From contig CBDCTZ010000011.1 of NCBI GenBank assembly GCA_965222375.1, positions 480,001 to 544,000 of the forward strand: a stretch of DNA of 64,000 nucleotides, read 5' to 3'. The first letter of the stretch is position 1. Each line of letters opens with the position of its first letter. The stretch comes from Polyangiaceae bacterium. GTDB taxonomy: Bacteria; Myxococcota_A; Polyangia; Polyangiales; Polyangiaceae. The position numbers and the translations under genes are program-made. Of the stretch, positions 47,942 to 57,838 are shown piece by piece. Below the pieces are notes generated by a model. The model saw nothing but the letters and a program-made list of their open reading frames with translations. It made no database searches and had not been told where the DNA came from.

Positions 47942-48541
47942 ATGCACGCCCCATCAGTCACGCCTCTTCTCGCGCTGTTCGGCATTCTGGCTGGAGCGGG
48001 GGCGTGCTCTTCGAAGAGCTCGATCGAAAACCCCACGGGCGGCAGCGGCGGGATCGCCGGCGCGGATGCGAGTGCGGGCAGTGGCGGCGTGGGCGGCAGT
48101 GCTGGGGGCAATACCGGCGGGAGCGCAGGAAATGGCGGCGCCAGCGGCAGCGGTGGCGCCGCGGGCAGCAGTGGCTCCGGAGGCAGCAGTGGCTCCGGAG
48201 GCAGCGGTGGTTCGGGAGGCAGCGGTGGCTCGAGTTCCAACTGCAAAGGAAAGGGATTCACTTTCCAGCCCGAGCCACCGACGAGCGCCAGCTTCCAAGT
48301 CACATACACGGATGTTGCTCTACACGAGGACGTTCGCCTCGAGGTCGCGTGCACGTCGGGGGCTGCGACGGCTGAGTTCACCGGAACCACAGGCAATTGC
48401 TCTGTGGCAGGGGTGGAATGCAACTGGCACTTCAAGGTGACGAACTGCGGCCTCGGGCCGACGACGGTCCGCTTCTATGTGGATGCGGTCGAAGGCGGTC
48501 CAGGCGTGAAGATCGCCGAGTGTAGCCTGTCGTTGAAGTAG
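47942..48541 (+). CDS. Gly-rich lipoprotein (paralog 2)
   Basis: Lipobox AGAC; domain ending EGGPGVKIAECSLSLK. Confidence 0.8.
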   Translation: MHAPSVTPLLALFGILAGAGACSSKSSIENPTGGSGGIAGADASAGSGGVGGSAGGNTGGSAGNGGASGSGGAAGSSGSGGSSGSGGSGGSGGSGGSSSNCKGKGFTFQPEPPTSASFQVTYTDVALHEDVRLEVACTSGAATAEFTGTTGNCSVAGVECNWHFKVTNCGLGPTTVRFYVDAVEGGPGVKIAECSLSLK

Positions 48542-48679
48542 TGACGCACCATGCTTCGCCGCCGGCATGCTGTGCCCGACCAGCGGGCTGGGCAGCCCGG
48601 CATGTGCCAGCTAGCGCTAGCCTGACATTCGGATCGCGCTGACCGTGTCAACGCTCCGACCAACGCGGCATTTGTCGCG

Positions 48680-48695
48680 TGGCACGTTCGCTGCA
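48680..48695 (+). promoter_or_regulatory. Putative sigma54 promoter
   Basis: TGGCACGTTCGCTGCA, ~50 nt upstream of ATG 48744. Confidence 0.55.
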
Positions 48696-48743
48696 CAACC
48701 ATGACTACGAACGCTGGGCAGCGTTTTTCGAGAGGAGTCAGCA

Positions 48744-49460
48744 ATGAGCGCGATCGGGCCACGCTGGATCACAACCTTGAGCAGCAGCATGATCGTTGCA
48801 GCTGCGATGCTCGTCGCCTGCAGCAGCGACAGTGGTGGCTCTGGGAACGTCGGCGGCACCGGCGGAAGCGCCGCGAGTGACGCCGGAGGCGCTGGTGGCA
48901 CCGCAGGGACGGCTGGGAAGACCAGCGTTGGAGAGTGTACGGGGTCGAAACCGATCGCCGACCGGCCCGGCTTTCAGCGCTGCGAGGAAGCCATCGAGCA
49001 TCGCCCAACCGCTGAACAGTGCAACGTGCCGGCGCCTTCCAAGTGCGGTCAATCGCCCAAGGGCTGCAAGAGCAACGCCGAGTGCACCGCCGAGCCCAAC
49101 GGCTATTGCGCAGGCACCCTGCCGCCCGGGAGCACCTGCACGTGCATTTACGGTTGCACTCAGGACTCCGACTGCGCTGCTGGTCAGCTCTGCAAGTGTG
49201 GAGCGGAGCGCAGCTTCTGCGCCACGGCCAAGTGTCGCACCGACGCAGACTGCGGCGCCGGCAAGCTATGCGTCGAAACCCTCTTCGACGATTGTACTCG
49301 CGGCTACGCCTGCCAGACCGATGCGGACGAGTGTTCCCGCGGAACCTGCGGCGATCCCGAGCCGCCGTCTACGGATCGACCCGCGTGCGTCATGACGGGC
49401 GGGAAGCGAAGCTGCAAGAAGGTGAATGTCTGCTGCATCGATCCCACCTCGTGCGCGTGA
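48744..49460 (+). CDS. Cys-rich lipoprotein
   Basis: RBS GAGGAG, lipobox LVAC, C..DSDC.AGQLC repeats. Confidence 0.8.
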   Translation: MSAIGPRWITTLSSSMIVAAAMLVACSSDSGGSGNVGGTGGSAASDAGGAGGTAGTAGKTSVGECTGSKPIADRPGFQRCEEAIEHRPTAEQCNVPAPSKCGQSPKGCKSNAECTAEPNGYCAGTLPPGSTCTCIYGCTQDSDCAAGQLCKCGAERSFCATAKCRTDADCGAGKLCVETLFDDCTRGYACQTDADECSRGTCGDPEPPSTDRPACVMTGGKRSCKKVNVCCIDPTSCA

Positions 49461-49665
49461 TTGCGCGTCCCCACGCGGTTGCCATGGCGCCGTGGACCTC
49501 GCCGTCTTGGTTTCTTACTTCGGCTTTCCACACGCCCATCTTGGGTTTGCCCTCGAGCAAGTAGGCGAGGCCCACCCGAGCGGCGGCCCCGCCTTGATGG
49601 TCGACGATCTGAATGCGTCGCAGGGCGACGTTGCAGTCGGTGCACTTGCGCTCGGCATGACTCAT
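49390..49665 (-). CDS. Small hypothetical protein with N-terminal CxxC, possibly degenerate
   Basis: KCTDCNVALRRIQIVD; second CxxC absent; 3' end overlaps the opposite gene. Confidence 0.35.
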   Translation of the reverse strand: MSHAERKCTDCNVALRRIQIVDHQGGAAARVGLAYLLEGKPKMGVWKAEVRNQDGEVHGAMATAWGRAITRTRWDRCSRHSPSCSFASRPS

Positions 49666-49714
49666 GGCCCCAACAATGCCAGTGGCGGCGCAGTCTGGAA
49701 ACCGGTCCGGGCGC

Positions 49715-50266
49715 TTAGGCAGGGCCGAGGCGGTTCCAGAGTTGTTGGGACAGGAAGCCGATCAACACGGGAAAGACGGCGCTCGCCGCGATGCGGCACA
49801 AGGTGTAGCGCCACCCCATCAGGGGCAGTTCGAAAGCGAGAATTCGGTGCACCCCGAGCAGCGCCCAGGATGTCACGAAAGCGGTGACGACGCCGACGCC
49901 GGTGCCGGCCTTGAGCAGCACGGCCAAAACGGGGAACAGCACGAAGGGGCCGCCGGGTGCGAGGGCGCCGGCTGCCGTGCCAAGGGCGAGGCCTTTGAAC
50001 CCGGAGTCTTGACCCAGCCACTGGCCCAATTGCTCTTGGGGGATCAACTTGCTCGCCATGCCGGCGAGAATGAACGCCGGAATCAGTATGGGACCGACTT
50101 GGATCAGCAGCGAGAGTCCCTCTTTGGCGCCGTCTAGTGCGACACCTTTGCGGTAGGCCAGAATACTCAGCACCAAGGCGATGGAGCTCATGATGATCAA
50201 GATCGTAAGCATTGGGTTCTTTCGCTTGCCGTCTTTAGCGTGTGGGGTTGTGGCGCTGTCGCTCAT
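49715..50266 (-). CDS. Predicted permease (DUF318-like half)
   Basis: WLG..SG.KG, GALAPGGPFV.FP, FVTSW, FELP.MG. Confidence 0.75.
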   Translation of the reverse strand: MSDSATTPHAKDGKRKNPMLTILIIMSSIALVLSILAYRKGVALDGAKEGLSLLIQVGPILIPAFILAGMASKLIPQEQLGQWLGQDSGFKGLALGTAAGALAPGGPFVLFPVLAVLLKAGTGVGVVTAFVTSWALLGVHRILAFELPLMGWRYTLCRIAASAVFPVLIGFLSQQLWNRLGPA

Positions 50267-50721
50267 TAGAAGATCCCGAGCTGCAGGCCCGCGGCCAGGG
50301 CTTGGCCCAGCTCCTCGCACCGTTCGATCACTTCGTCGGTGACGACGCCGCGGCAGACCACGGCGTCGGCGACCTTCTTTAACTGCATGCCCTTCGCGAT
50401 GCGCTCGATGTTGGACAGAGCGCCGCTACCATCGTTGCCGGCTTTGATGAACACGGCATAGGGGCGTTGCACGAGTTTGCCCTCTGTGGGGTAGTAGGTG
50501 CGGTCGAAGAGGTCTTTGAGGGCGCCTGACATGTAGCCGAAGTTCTCGGGTGTGCCGAAGATGATGCCGTCGGCGTCGAGCAGGTGCTGCTGATCCGTGT
50601 CGAAGGCGCGCTGCAGCACCGTCTTCACGTCCGCTTCGCGCTGCGCTCCACGGAGCACTGCTTCCGCCATGCGTTGGGCGCCGCCGCTTTGGGAGTGGTA
50701 GGTGATGAGCAGGCGTTTCAT
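50266..50721 (-). CDS. Flavodoxin/WrbA-family protein
   Basis: YHSQSG, FGTPENFGYMSGALKDLFDRTYY, GNDGSG. Confidence 0.9.
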   Translation of the reverse strand: MKRLLITYHSQSGGAQRMAEAVLRGAQREADVKTVLQRAFDTDQQHLLDADGIIFGTPENFGYMSGALKDLFDRTYYPTEGKLVQRPYAVFIKAGNDGSGALSNIERIAKGMQLKKVADAVVCRGVVTDEVIERCEELGQALAAGLQLGIF

Positions 50722-50802
50722 GTGGGAGTACGCTGTGGCTGAAGCCCACGATTCACTTGACTCGGGTGCGGAACGAGGGGCCAAGGCTGCTCGGCCCCAG
50801 GG

Positions 50803-52011
50803 TTGAACAGACTATGCTGGCGTACTATATGCCTTTGCGTGCGCTTGGCGGCTTTCATCACATTGGCTATGGTCGGTTGCAGCTCATCGGATGCTGTGAA
50901 CGAGGCCGAGCATTCGGACACGAGCGACTGGCAGGATGGCTACGACCAGCGAGAGGCCGCGAAGGCGGATAGCTCCGCGTGCTCCGCCATGGCGGTGCCG
51001 GACCCGGGACCCTTTGGCAAGCGGGTCGCGCTGACTTTCGACGATGGCCCCAATCCGCAAACGACGCCGAAGGTGCTCGACGTGCTTGCCCAGTACGGCG
51101 CGAAAGCCACGTTTTTCATCAACGGCGAGCGCGCCAGTTCGGCGGCGGCCCGCAGCGTCATCGACCGCATTCGTCAAGAGGGGCACCTATTGGCCAACCA
51201 CTCTCAGAATCACAAGAATCTGAAGAAGGTGTCCCTGGCCACGGCGGACGAGCAGATCCGCCTGACCCATGAAGTCATTGCGAGCGCCGGGGAGAGTCGG
51301 CGCTACTTCCGCTTTCCTTACGGCTCGGCGAAGTGTAGCGGGATCGCTCGGGCCAAAGACTATGGCTACATCGTCACCGGCTGGCAGAATGACTCAGCCG
51401 ACTGGTGTTTCGCGGAACGCACGGGTGGCGTTGGTCATTGTGCGGCAAGCGTGTGGTCCCGCATGCCCGACGATTACCGCAGCGACATGGTCGGCTACTC
51501 CCTGTCACAACTTCGAGACAACGAGGGTGGGCTGATCTTGTTTCACGACATCCATCAGTTTACAGCGGACAACATCGAGGCGGTGATCGCGCCCCTCGCG
51601 GCTGAGGGCTACGTGTTCGTGACCGCGGACGACGTCACCTCGTTGCCGAAACTCAACAGCGAACCTTCGAAGCCCAGGGCCTTCGTGGGGGATCCCTGTG
51701 TCGCGGATGAGGACTGCGACTTCGAGGTGGACGGGCAGGCGGCGGTGTGTGCCAAGGGCCCGGCCGCATCCTCGAGCGATGGCGGATTCTGCAGCGTAAG
51801 TTGCGAGGGGTTTTGCCCGGATCAGGCGCAACGCGCGCCGACCTTCTGCACGACGCTTGTTGGAACGACCGGCGGCAGCTGTGTCGCCCGCGCGCATGCG
51901 CTCAATGGCGAGTGCAACGCGATCCCGAAGACGCGGGTGACCGACGCCGAGCGGTTCATCGGCGAGAGTGGTGCTTCTGAGCTGACGGCGTCCGTGTGTT
52001 TGCCCCCGTAA
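50803..52011 (+). CDS. Polysaccharide deacetylase lipoprotein with Cys-rich C-terminus
   Basis: LTFDDGP, NHSQNH, FRFPYG, DSADW, LFHD. Confidence 0.9.
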   Translation: MNRLCWRTICLCVRLAAFITLAMVGCSSSDAVNEAEHSDTSDWQDGYDQREAAKADSSACSAMAVPDPGPFGKRVALTFDDGPNPQTTPKVLDVLAQYGAKATFFINGERASSAAARSVIDRIRQEGHLLANHSQNHKNLKKVSLATADEQIRLTHEVIASAGESRRYFRFPYGSAKCSGIARAKDYGYIVTGWQNDSADWCFAERTGGVGHCAASVWSRMPDDYRSDMVGYSLSQLRDNEGGLILFHDIHQFTADNIEAVIAPLAAEGYVFVTADDVTSLPKLNSEPSKPRAFVGDPCVADEDCDFEVDGQAAVCAKGPAASSSDGGFCSVSCEGFCPDQAQRAPTFCTTLVGTTGGSCVARAHALNGECNAIPKTRVTDAERFIGESGASELTASVCLPP

Positions 52012-52039
52012 CATAGCCGCGTGTGCTACTCTCTCGTCC

Positions 52040-53053
52040 GTGGCGAATAGGGTTTGGCGGAGGGGCGGGCTCCTCCTGGCGTTGGTGTTCTGGGCGACAA
52101 CGGCCTCTGCGCAGATCGTGCTCGAGGACGACCTTTCCGGATCGACCAAGGGCCAGCAGCAAGGCGGGCAATTCGTTAGTGGGGGCGGCTGGCAGGCGGG
52201 CAAGCAGATCCATTGGGATGTGGGGTTCGAGGTCACCGAAGGAGGCTTCAGCGTCGAGGTGACGAATTGGAATCCCGACACCACGAGCCCGCAGCATCAG
52301 TTCGCCAAGCAGCACATCATCAACATGTACCAGGCGGCTCACGGTTCGCCGCACAAATCCGATGCGGACAGCCCCAAAGGCGGATTCTTCAACTTTCGCA
52401 CCGGCGCGACCTACGACAATCTGTTCAAGTTCCTTTCCAGCACGGCGGGGTTCAGTCCGCCGCCCAAGGGTCGCTACGAAGTGCGGATCAAGCGGGCGCC
52501 GGGCTTCATCGATCCCAAGAAGACGTACACCATCAAAGTGGAGTGGACCTTGGCTGGAGACATCACGGCCTTCTTGGACGGTACGAACCTCGTGACCCAC
52601 TCCCATGCCGCGCCCTTTCGGCTGCGACACGTGTTCATCGGCACCGACAATGCACCTGCGGGCACCTACGGGCCGCAAAAGGACGTCGTCTACAAGAACC
52701 TGAAAGTGTGGGGTAAAGCCACGCCGGTGCCGGATGCCGGGGCAGGGGGCAGCGCGGGCAGTGCGGGAGCGGGTGGCAATGCGGGAGCGGGTGGCAGCGC
52801 GGGAACTGCTGGTGCGGCTGCGGGTGGCACGAGTGGCAACGCAGGAAGCGGTTGGGCTGCGAATGGCGGCATCGCGGGCAGCGACGCGGGGCTCGGAGGC
52901 AGCTCCGGTGCCATCGCCGGCGGAACCACGGCTGAGGACGACCCCGGGTGCGGCTGCCGCGCGGTGGGCTCGCGCCAAGTGCCCTGGGCTGCCGTGTTGG
53001 GGTTGGCCTTGTTATTCGCGCTGGGGCGGCGTCGGCGAGATTCGCGGCCTTAG
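52040..53053 (+). CDS. Secreted beta-rich protein with MYXO-CTERM sorting signal
   Basis: Signal peptide; DDPGCGCRAVG...TM...RRRR. Confidence 0.8.
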   Translation: MANRVWRRGGLLLALVFWATTASAQIVLEDDLSGSTKGQQQGGQFVSGGGWQAGKQIHWDVGFEVTEGGFSVEVTNWNPDTTSPQHQFAKQHIINMYQAAHGSPHKSDADSPKGGFFNFRTGATYDNLFKFLSSTAGFSPPPKGRYEVRIKRAPGFIDPKKTYTIKVEWTLAGDITAFLDGTNLVTHSHAAPFRLRHVFIGTDNAPAGTYGPQKDVVYKNLKVWGKATPVPDAGAGGSAGSAGAGGNAGAGGSAGTAGAAAGGTSGNAGSGWAANGGIAGSDAGLGGSSGAIAGGTTAEDDPGCGCRAVGSRQVPWAAVLGLALLFALGRRRRDSRP

Positions 53054-53134
53054 CGCGGCGTCGGCGATGACGTCCCGTCGAACAGTGGTCAGCGGGGTTG
53101 CATTGTCCTCCCAAGCGACACACCTTGCGACCTC

Positions 53135-54055
53135 ATGACACCAATTGAGCGCGCGATGGTCGCGCTGGAACGTTTGTCGGTAGGGGACGCGTTCGGAGAG
53201 ACCTTCTTCGGTCCGGTGCGAACCGCGCTGCAACGCATTGAGGCAAGAGCGTTGCGCGACGGGCCATGGCCGTACACCGATGACACAGAAATGGCGGTAT
53301 CGATCGTCGGGGTTCTGCGCGACTTTCAGAGCATCAACCAGGATGAGCTGGCCAGGCGTTTCGCAGAAAACATGAGCCCGCACCGTGGATACGGCGCTGG
53401 CGCGTACAAATTGTTGAGTCAGGTCGACTATGAAGACAACTGGGCGCAGCTTTCTCGAGGCGCGTTTCAGGGCAAAGGATCGTTCGGAAACGGATCGGCA
53501 ATGAGAGTTGCACCGGTTGGTGCGTACTTCGCGGATGACCTAGCGAAAGTGGCGCACCAGGCGCGTATGTCCGCAGAGCTAACGCATGTCCATGCTGAAG
53601 GGATCGCAGGCGCCATCGCTGCCGCTGTTGCGACAGCACTTCTGACTCATCGTTCAGGGAAGAAGGAGCCGGCAGGGAGAAGGCTGCTTGAAGAGGTCAG
53701 GGACCACACACCGAAGGGATACACACGCGACGGACTTGTTGAAGCCCTGGGTTTGCCTGGCGACGTGAGTCTTGTTGATGCAGTGCGCGCCCTAGGCAAC
53801 GGCGCACGGGTGACCGCGCCCGATACTGTGCCACTCTGCGTGTGGGTCGCAAGTCGTAGGTCCCACAACTACGAGGAAGCGATGTGGGAGACCGTAAACG
53901 CCCTCGGTGATCGTGACACCACATGCGCCATCGTTGGTGGGATGGTGGTGATGCAAACTGGCGTGCAAGCGATCCCATCGGCGTGGAGTGCGGCTCGCGA
54001 ACCGATTCCAAACATGAAGCTGGTGACGGAATTGGAGAAGCGCTTTTTCGGATAG
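53135..54055 (+). CDS. ADP-ribosylglycohydrolase-family protein
   Basis: GDAFG, YTDDT, GNGSAMR..P, TH, GDRDTT.AI.G. Confidence 0.92.
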   Translation: MTPIERAMVALERLSVGDAFGETFFGPVRTALQRIEARALRDGPWPYTDDTEMAVSIVGVLRDFQSINQDELARRFAENMSPHRGYGAGAYKLLSQVDYEDNWAQLSRGAFQGKGSFGNGSAMRVAPVGAYFADDLAKVAHQARMSAELTHVHAEGIAGAIAAAVATALLTHRSGKKEPAGRRLLEEVRDHTPKGYTRDGLVEALGLPGDVSLVDAVRALGNGARVTAPDTVPLCVWVASRRSHNYEEAMWETVNALGDRDTTCAIVGGMVVMQTGVQAIPSAWSAAREPIPNMKLVTELEKRFFG

Positions 54056-54107
54056 CAAGCCTAGCGATCAAGTGTTGACAGATGGTGCTAGGCTGACAGA
54101 GCTGGTC

Positions 54108-55322
54108 ATGCCTGATCTCGACTACTCCGCTTCACCGCTGCAAGTTCGCTCTGACATCGAAGCGGCGCATCGCGCGGCGTGGGAGCAACTTGGCGAGCCG
54201 GGCACTTGGCTGACGGGCGCAGAGCGTGTGGCGGTGGCGGCGGAGACTCGCGCGGCGGCGAGTTGTGTCGGTTGCTCGGAGCGCAAGGCGGCGCTGTCGC
54301 CCTATGCAGTCGAAGTGGACCACGAAGTGGCGGGGGATCTGCCGCCGGCGTGGGTCGAAGTCGTGCACCGGGTGCGTACGGATGCGGGGCGGCTCAGCAA
54401 GAGGTTCTACGACGAGGCGCTTTCGAGCGGAATCAGCGAAGAGCAGTACGTCGAGATCCTCGGCGCGCTGGTACGGGTTACCAGTATCGACACCTTTTGC
54501 GAGGCCCTGGGGTTGCCGTTGCATGCTCTGCCACAGCCGCAGCCCGGCGAACCTTCGCGCCACCGTCCCTCCGGAGCGAAGCAAAACGGCGCCTGGGTGC
54601 CAACCCTGGCGCCGAAGGATGCACGCGGACCGGAGGCGAACCTGTATCCGCCGACGTTGCCCGGAATGCCGGTGCCGAACGTTGCCCAGGCGCTGACTCT
54701 CGTACCCGACGAGATGCGTGCCGTCGCTCGGATGTCCGCGGTTCAATATGCCTCCCCCAGTCGCCTGATGGACATGTGTTTTCGCCGTGCCCTGAGCCGT
54801 CCTCAAATGGAGTTCATCGCAGCTCGGGTGTCCGCGCTCAATCAGTGTTTCTATTGAACCACGGCGCATGCCGAGCTGCTCCGGGCGAGCGGTGAGTTGA
54901 GTGAGGGCGGTGTCGACCTGGATGCGGTCAAGGGAGGCATGGCGACGTCGAGCGTCGATGGCGGAGCCGTGCTGAACGACTACGTCGAGGCCGTGGTTGG
55001 CGGACAAGATAGTGAAGCGCCGAGGGAGCGCGTGCGCGATTCCTTGGGGCCCGAGGCCACTGTGGATGCCGCGGCGGTCATCGCGAACTTCTCGATGATG
55101 GTGCGCATCGCAGACGGCGCGGGCATCGCCCTGGACGACATGCTCCAAGTCGTCACCCAGGGTGTTCAGGAGAAGCTGGCGCTGAAAGACTTCGCGGCCT
55201 CCGCCAATACGCCCACCCGCGGTCGGGGCTTTCAGTTGTTGTCGCGGGTGGTGACGCCAATCGCGCAGCGCGCGTTTCCGCTGGTGAGTCGATTGGCAGC
55301 ATGCAGCGGCCGCACCCGCTGA
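54108..55322 (+). CDS. AhpD/alkylhydroperoxidase-related selenoprotein (CxxU; TGA 54855-54857 read as Sec)
   Basis: VSALNQCFY-TGA-TTAHAELL; downstream ORF is in the same frame; SECIS-like hairpin follows. Confidence 0.75.
54875..54893 (+). promoter_or_regulatory. Candidate bacterial SECIS hairpin
   Basis: GCTGCTC-CGGGC-GAGCGGT stem-loop; G-containing loop ~25 nt after UGA. Confidence 0.55.
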
Positions 55323-55359
55323 AGAGCGGGCTATAGTCCCGGGCGGAGGTACGGAAGCC

Positions 55360-56511
55360 ATGACTCGCAGCGCCAAATCCATGCGGAGCTTCTACTTGGC
55401 CACGACCCTAGCGGCGCTTTCTTGCGCGCAACCCCACGCGCCAACCACGCCGCCCGCGCCGAGCCCCGCGTCGGCGCCGAGTCCCGAGCCCCAGCCGGTA
55501 GCGGCTGCCAGCCCGTCGCCGGCACCCCTAGTCGCGGAAGAGCCGGCGCCGGTGGAGCAGGACAGCGGTCCCCTGGAAGTTCGCACCCCTGAGCGCGAAG
55601 CGTGTCGAATCCGTGAAAAGAAGTACCGCTCTCAGTACGACGGCGGGCTGCGCTTCCGTTTCGGCGGAGAGCGCTTTGCGCGCATCGACGGCGCGCCGAC
55701 GACTCTGGTGCTGAGCGAAGGCTCGGACGCGCCTGCGGCCGTTGCGGTGGTCGACGTTCCGGAGCTACTCCTTCGCGGGCTCGTCCCGCGCGACGAGGTG
55801 TTGCTCTATGCGGCCAAGCCGACGCCGCTCGCGCGCTTCGTGTGGCCGCTGGCCGACACCGCGCTGCCGCTGCTTGCCGGCGAGCCCGACAAGGCTCGAG
55901 TCGGCATTGATGTCAGCAAGACCTTCGCTCAGCCCCAGCGCGCCGAAGAGTCGCTGCCGTGCAACGAGCTGCGCCTGGTTGCGCAGAAGTACGATGTGCG
56001 CCGGAAGCTGACGGGCGGAAAGAAGCTCAAGCGCATGTTGCTCGAGAAGGGTGGCCCGCTGTCCGACAAACCCGGAGGGCCGCCGGTGGCGCAGGTCAAG
56101 CCGGGCATGGACGTGGAGGTTCGGCAGATCCACGGCAAGAACGCACGGATCGTGATCACCGGTATCGGCTACTTGGCGACGGGTTGGGTCGAGCGCTATC
56201 GCCTGCGCCCCTTTGTTGGTTCGGTTCCCGGGCCCGGAATGGGCTACGGCACCGGGCGAGGGTATCTAGCCGGTCGCGGCACTCGCTACTCTTGCCCCAA
56301 GGAGGTTGTCCTCCACGTCTACTTCAAGGGCGAGTCGGCGAAGGTTGGCATGCTTCGCCCCAAAGCCGTCTTCCGCAGGTCCTCTTCGAAAGCCGGGGAT
56401 CTCGCTGGGATCAGCTTGGTGGGGTCGCGGTGGCTGGTCCTGATGAAGGGCGCGGTGCTGGCTCTGAGCGCGGCGGACTACGCCACCTGCACCGCGGGCG
56501 GGGGCCGCTGA
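55360..56511 (+). CDS. Hypothetical lipoprotein
   Basis: Lipobox ALSC, Pro-rich linker, SH3-like GWV segment. Confidence 0.7.
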   Translation: MTRSAKSMRSFYLATTLAALSCAQPHAPTTPPAPSPASAPSPEPQPVAAASPSPAPLVAEEPAPVEQDSGPLEVRTPEREACRIREKKYRSQYDGGLRFRFGGERFARIDGAPTTLVLSEGSDAPAAVAVVDVPELLLRGLVPRDEVLLYAAKPTPLARFVWPLADTALPLLAGEPDKARVGIDVSKTFAQPQRAEESLPCNELRLVAQKYDVRRKLTGGKKLKRMLLEKGGPLSDKPGGPPVAQVKPGMDVEVRQIHGKNARIVITGIGYLATGWVERYRLRPFVGSVPGPGMGYGTGRGYLAGRGTRYSCPKEVVLHVYFKGESAKVGMLRPKAVFRRSSSKAGDLAGISLVGSRWLVLMKGAVLALSAADYATCTAGGGR

Positions 56512-56580
56512 AGGACTCGGGGACGCACGGGGTTCCCCCAGGAGCTTTCGTTTGGTCGGTGTCGCAGCTACCTTTGTCGA

Positions 56581-57828
56581 GTGAAACACTTGCTGCTTTG
56601 CGTATTGGCGCTCAGCCTGGGGACGACTGGCTGCAGCGACGATGATTCAGGCGGCAATACCGGTGGCGCTTCCAGTGGCGGTACTGCGGGCATGGGTGGA
56701 AGCGCGGGTGCAGCTGGTGCTGGTGGCGCGAGCGGAGCAGCGGGCCACGGCGGCGCTGCCGGCGCGTCCAACGCTTTGTTCCAGCCAGGACCCAACGGTG
56801 TCGGCTATCGCGAGGCGACGGTGGACTACACGCCCAAGGGCTCGACGGAGAAGCGCAGCCTCGAGCTGGAGATCTGGTACCCCGCGAAAGCGGGCAGCGC
56901 GAGCCTCGTCACCTACGAAGTCGCGGGCATCGTCCAGATAACGTCGAAGGTGGCCATGGATGCTCCCGCCCCAGAAGGCACCGGGCTACCCGTGCTCGCC
57001 TACTCCCACGGCAACGCGGGCGTCGGCTTGGTTGGCTACTCCATCGGCGAGCACCTCGCGTCCCATGGCTTCGTGGTGATCGCTCCGGACCACACCGGCA
57101 ATACGGTGCTCGACGGTAGCAACGACTACGGCGAAAACTTGCTGTATCGACCCCAAGACGTCAGCGCCAGTTTGGACTTCTTGGAGAGCGGACTCGGCGG
57201 GGACCCCCTCGACAAGGTGAGCGATCTGTCTCGCGTCATGGTCGTTGGCCACAGTTTTGGCACCTACTCTACATTCTCAGTGGCGGGCGCCAAGCTCGAC
57301 GTGGCCAACCTGATCGCCAATTGCGCGACGACGAACAGCTGCACGACGGTGAACAAGCCCGAAGTTCAGGCCGCGCTCTCCGCCGGCTTTGCCGATCCTC
57401 GCGTGGACGCCATCGTGCCCCAATCTCCCATCGTGCCGTTGGTGTACGAGGCCGGAAGCTTGGCAGGCATCACCGTGCCGACCTTCATGATGTCTGGCCG
57501 GCTGGACATCACCACCACCCACGAACTGACCGCGAAGCCGACCTGGGCAGAGCTCGATGGCGCGGAAGATCTGTGGCTCGATGTTCAAAAGGGTGGCCAC
57601 TACACCTTCATCACCGTGTGCGACGATGCGCCCCCGGCGTTGCTGGCAACCCTCAACGCAGCCGAAGACGGCTGCAATAGCGATTTCATCCCCGTATCCG
57701 AGGCCGTGCCAGTGCTCAACGCCTACATCTTGGGCTATGCCCGCGCTCAGGTCCTCAACGAGAGCCCATGGCGAGATGTCGTGCGGGGGCCGGCGTTTTC
57801 GCCAGGCTTCACTCTACAAACCAAGTAA
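56581..57828 (+). CDS. Alpha/beta hydrolase lipoprotein (PAF-acetylhydrolase/dienelactone hydrolase-like)
   Basis: IWYPA, SHG, LASHGFVV.APDH.GN, GHSFG, GHYTF. Confidence 0.88.
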   Translation: MKHLLLCVLALSLGTTGCSDDDSGGNTGGASSGGTAGMGGSAGAAGAGGASGAAGHGGAAGASNALFQPGPNGVGYREATVDYTPKGSTEKRSLELEIWYPAKAGSASLVTYEVAGIVQITSKVAMDAPAPEGTGLPVLAYSHGNAGVGLVGYSIGEHLASHGFVVIAPDHTGNTVLDGSNDYGENLLYRPQDVSASLDFLESGLGGDPLDKVSDLSRVMVVGHSFGTYSTFSVAGAKLDVANLIANCATTNSCTTVNKPEVQAALSAGFADPRVDAIVPQSPIVPLVYEAGSLAGITVPTFMMSGRLDITTTHELTAKPTWAELDGAEDLWLDVQKGGHYTFITVCDDAPPALLATLNAAEDGCNSDFIPVSEAVPVLNAYILGYARAQVLNESPWRDVVRGPAFSPGFTLQTK

Positions 57829-57838
57829 GAAGAAGACC

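Noticed and set aside
47320..48230. GGCAGC-type repeats
   Set aside because: Ordinary Gly/Ser linker codons of myxobacterial lipoproteins
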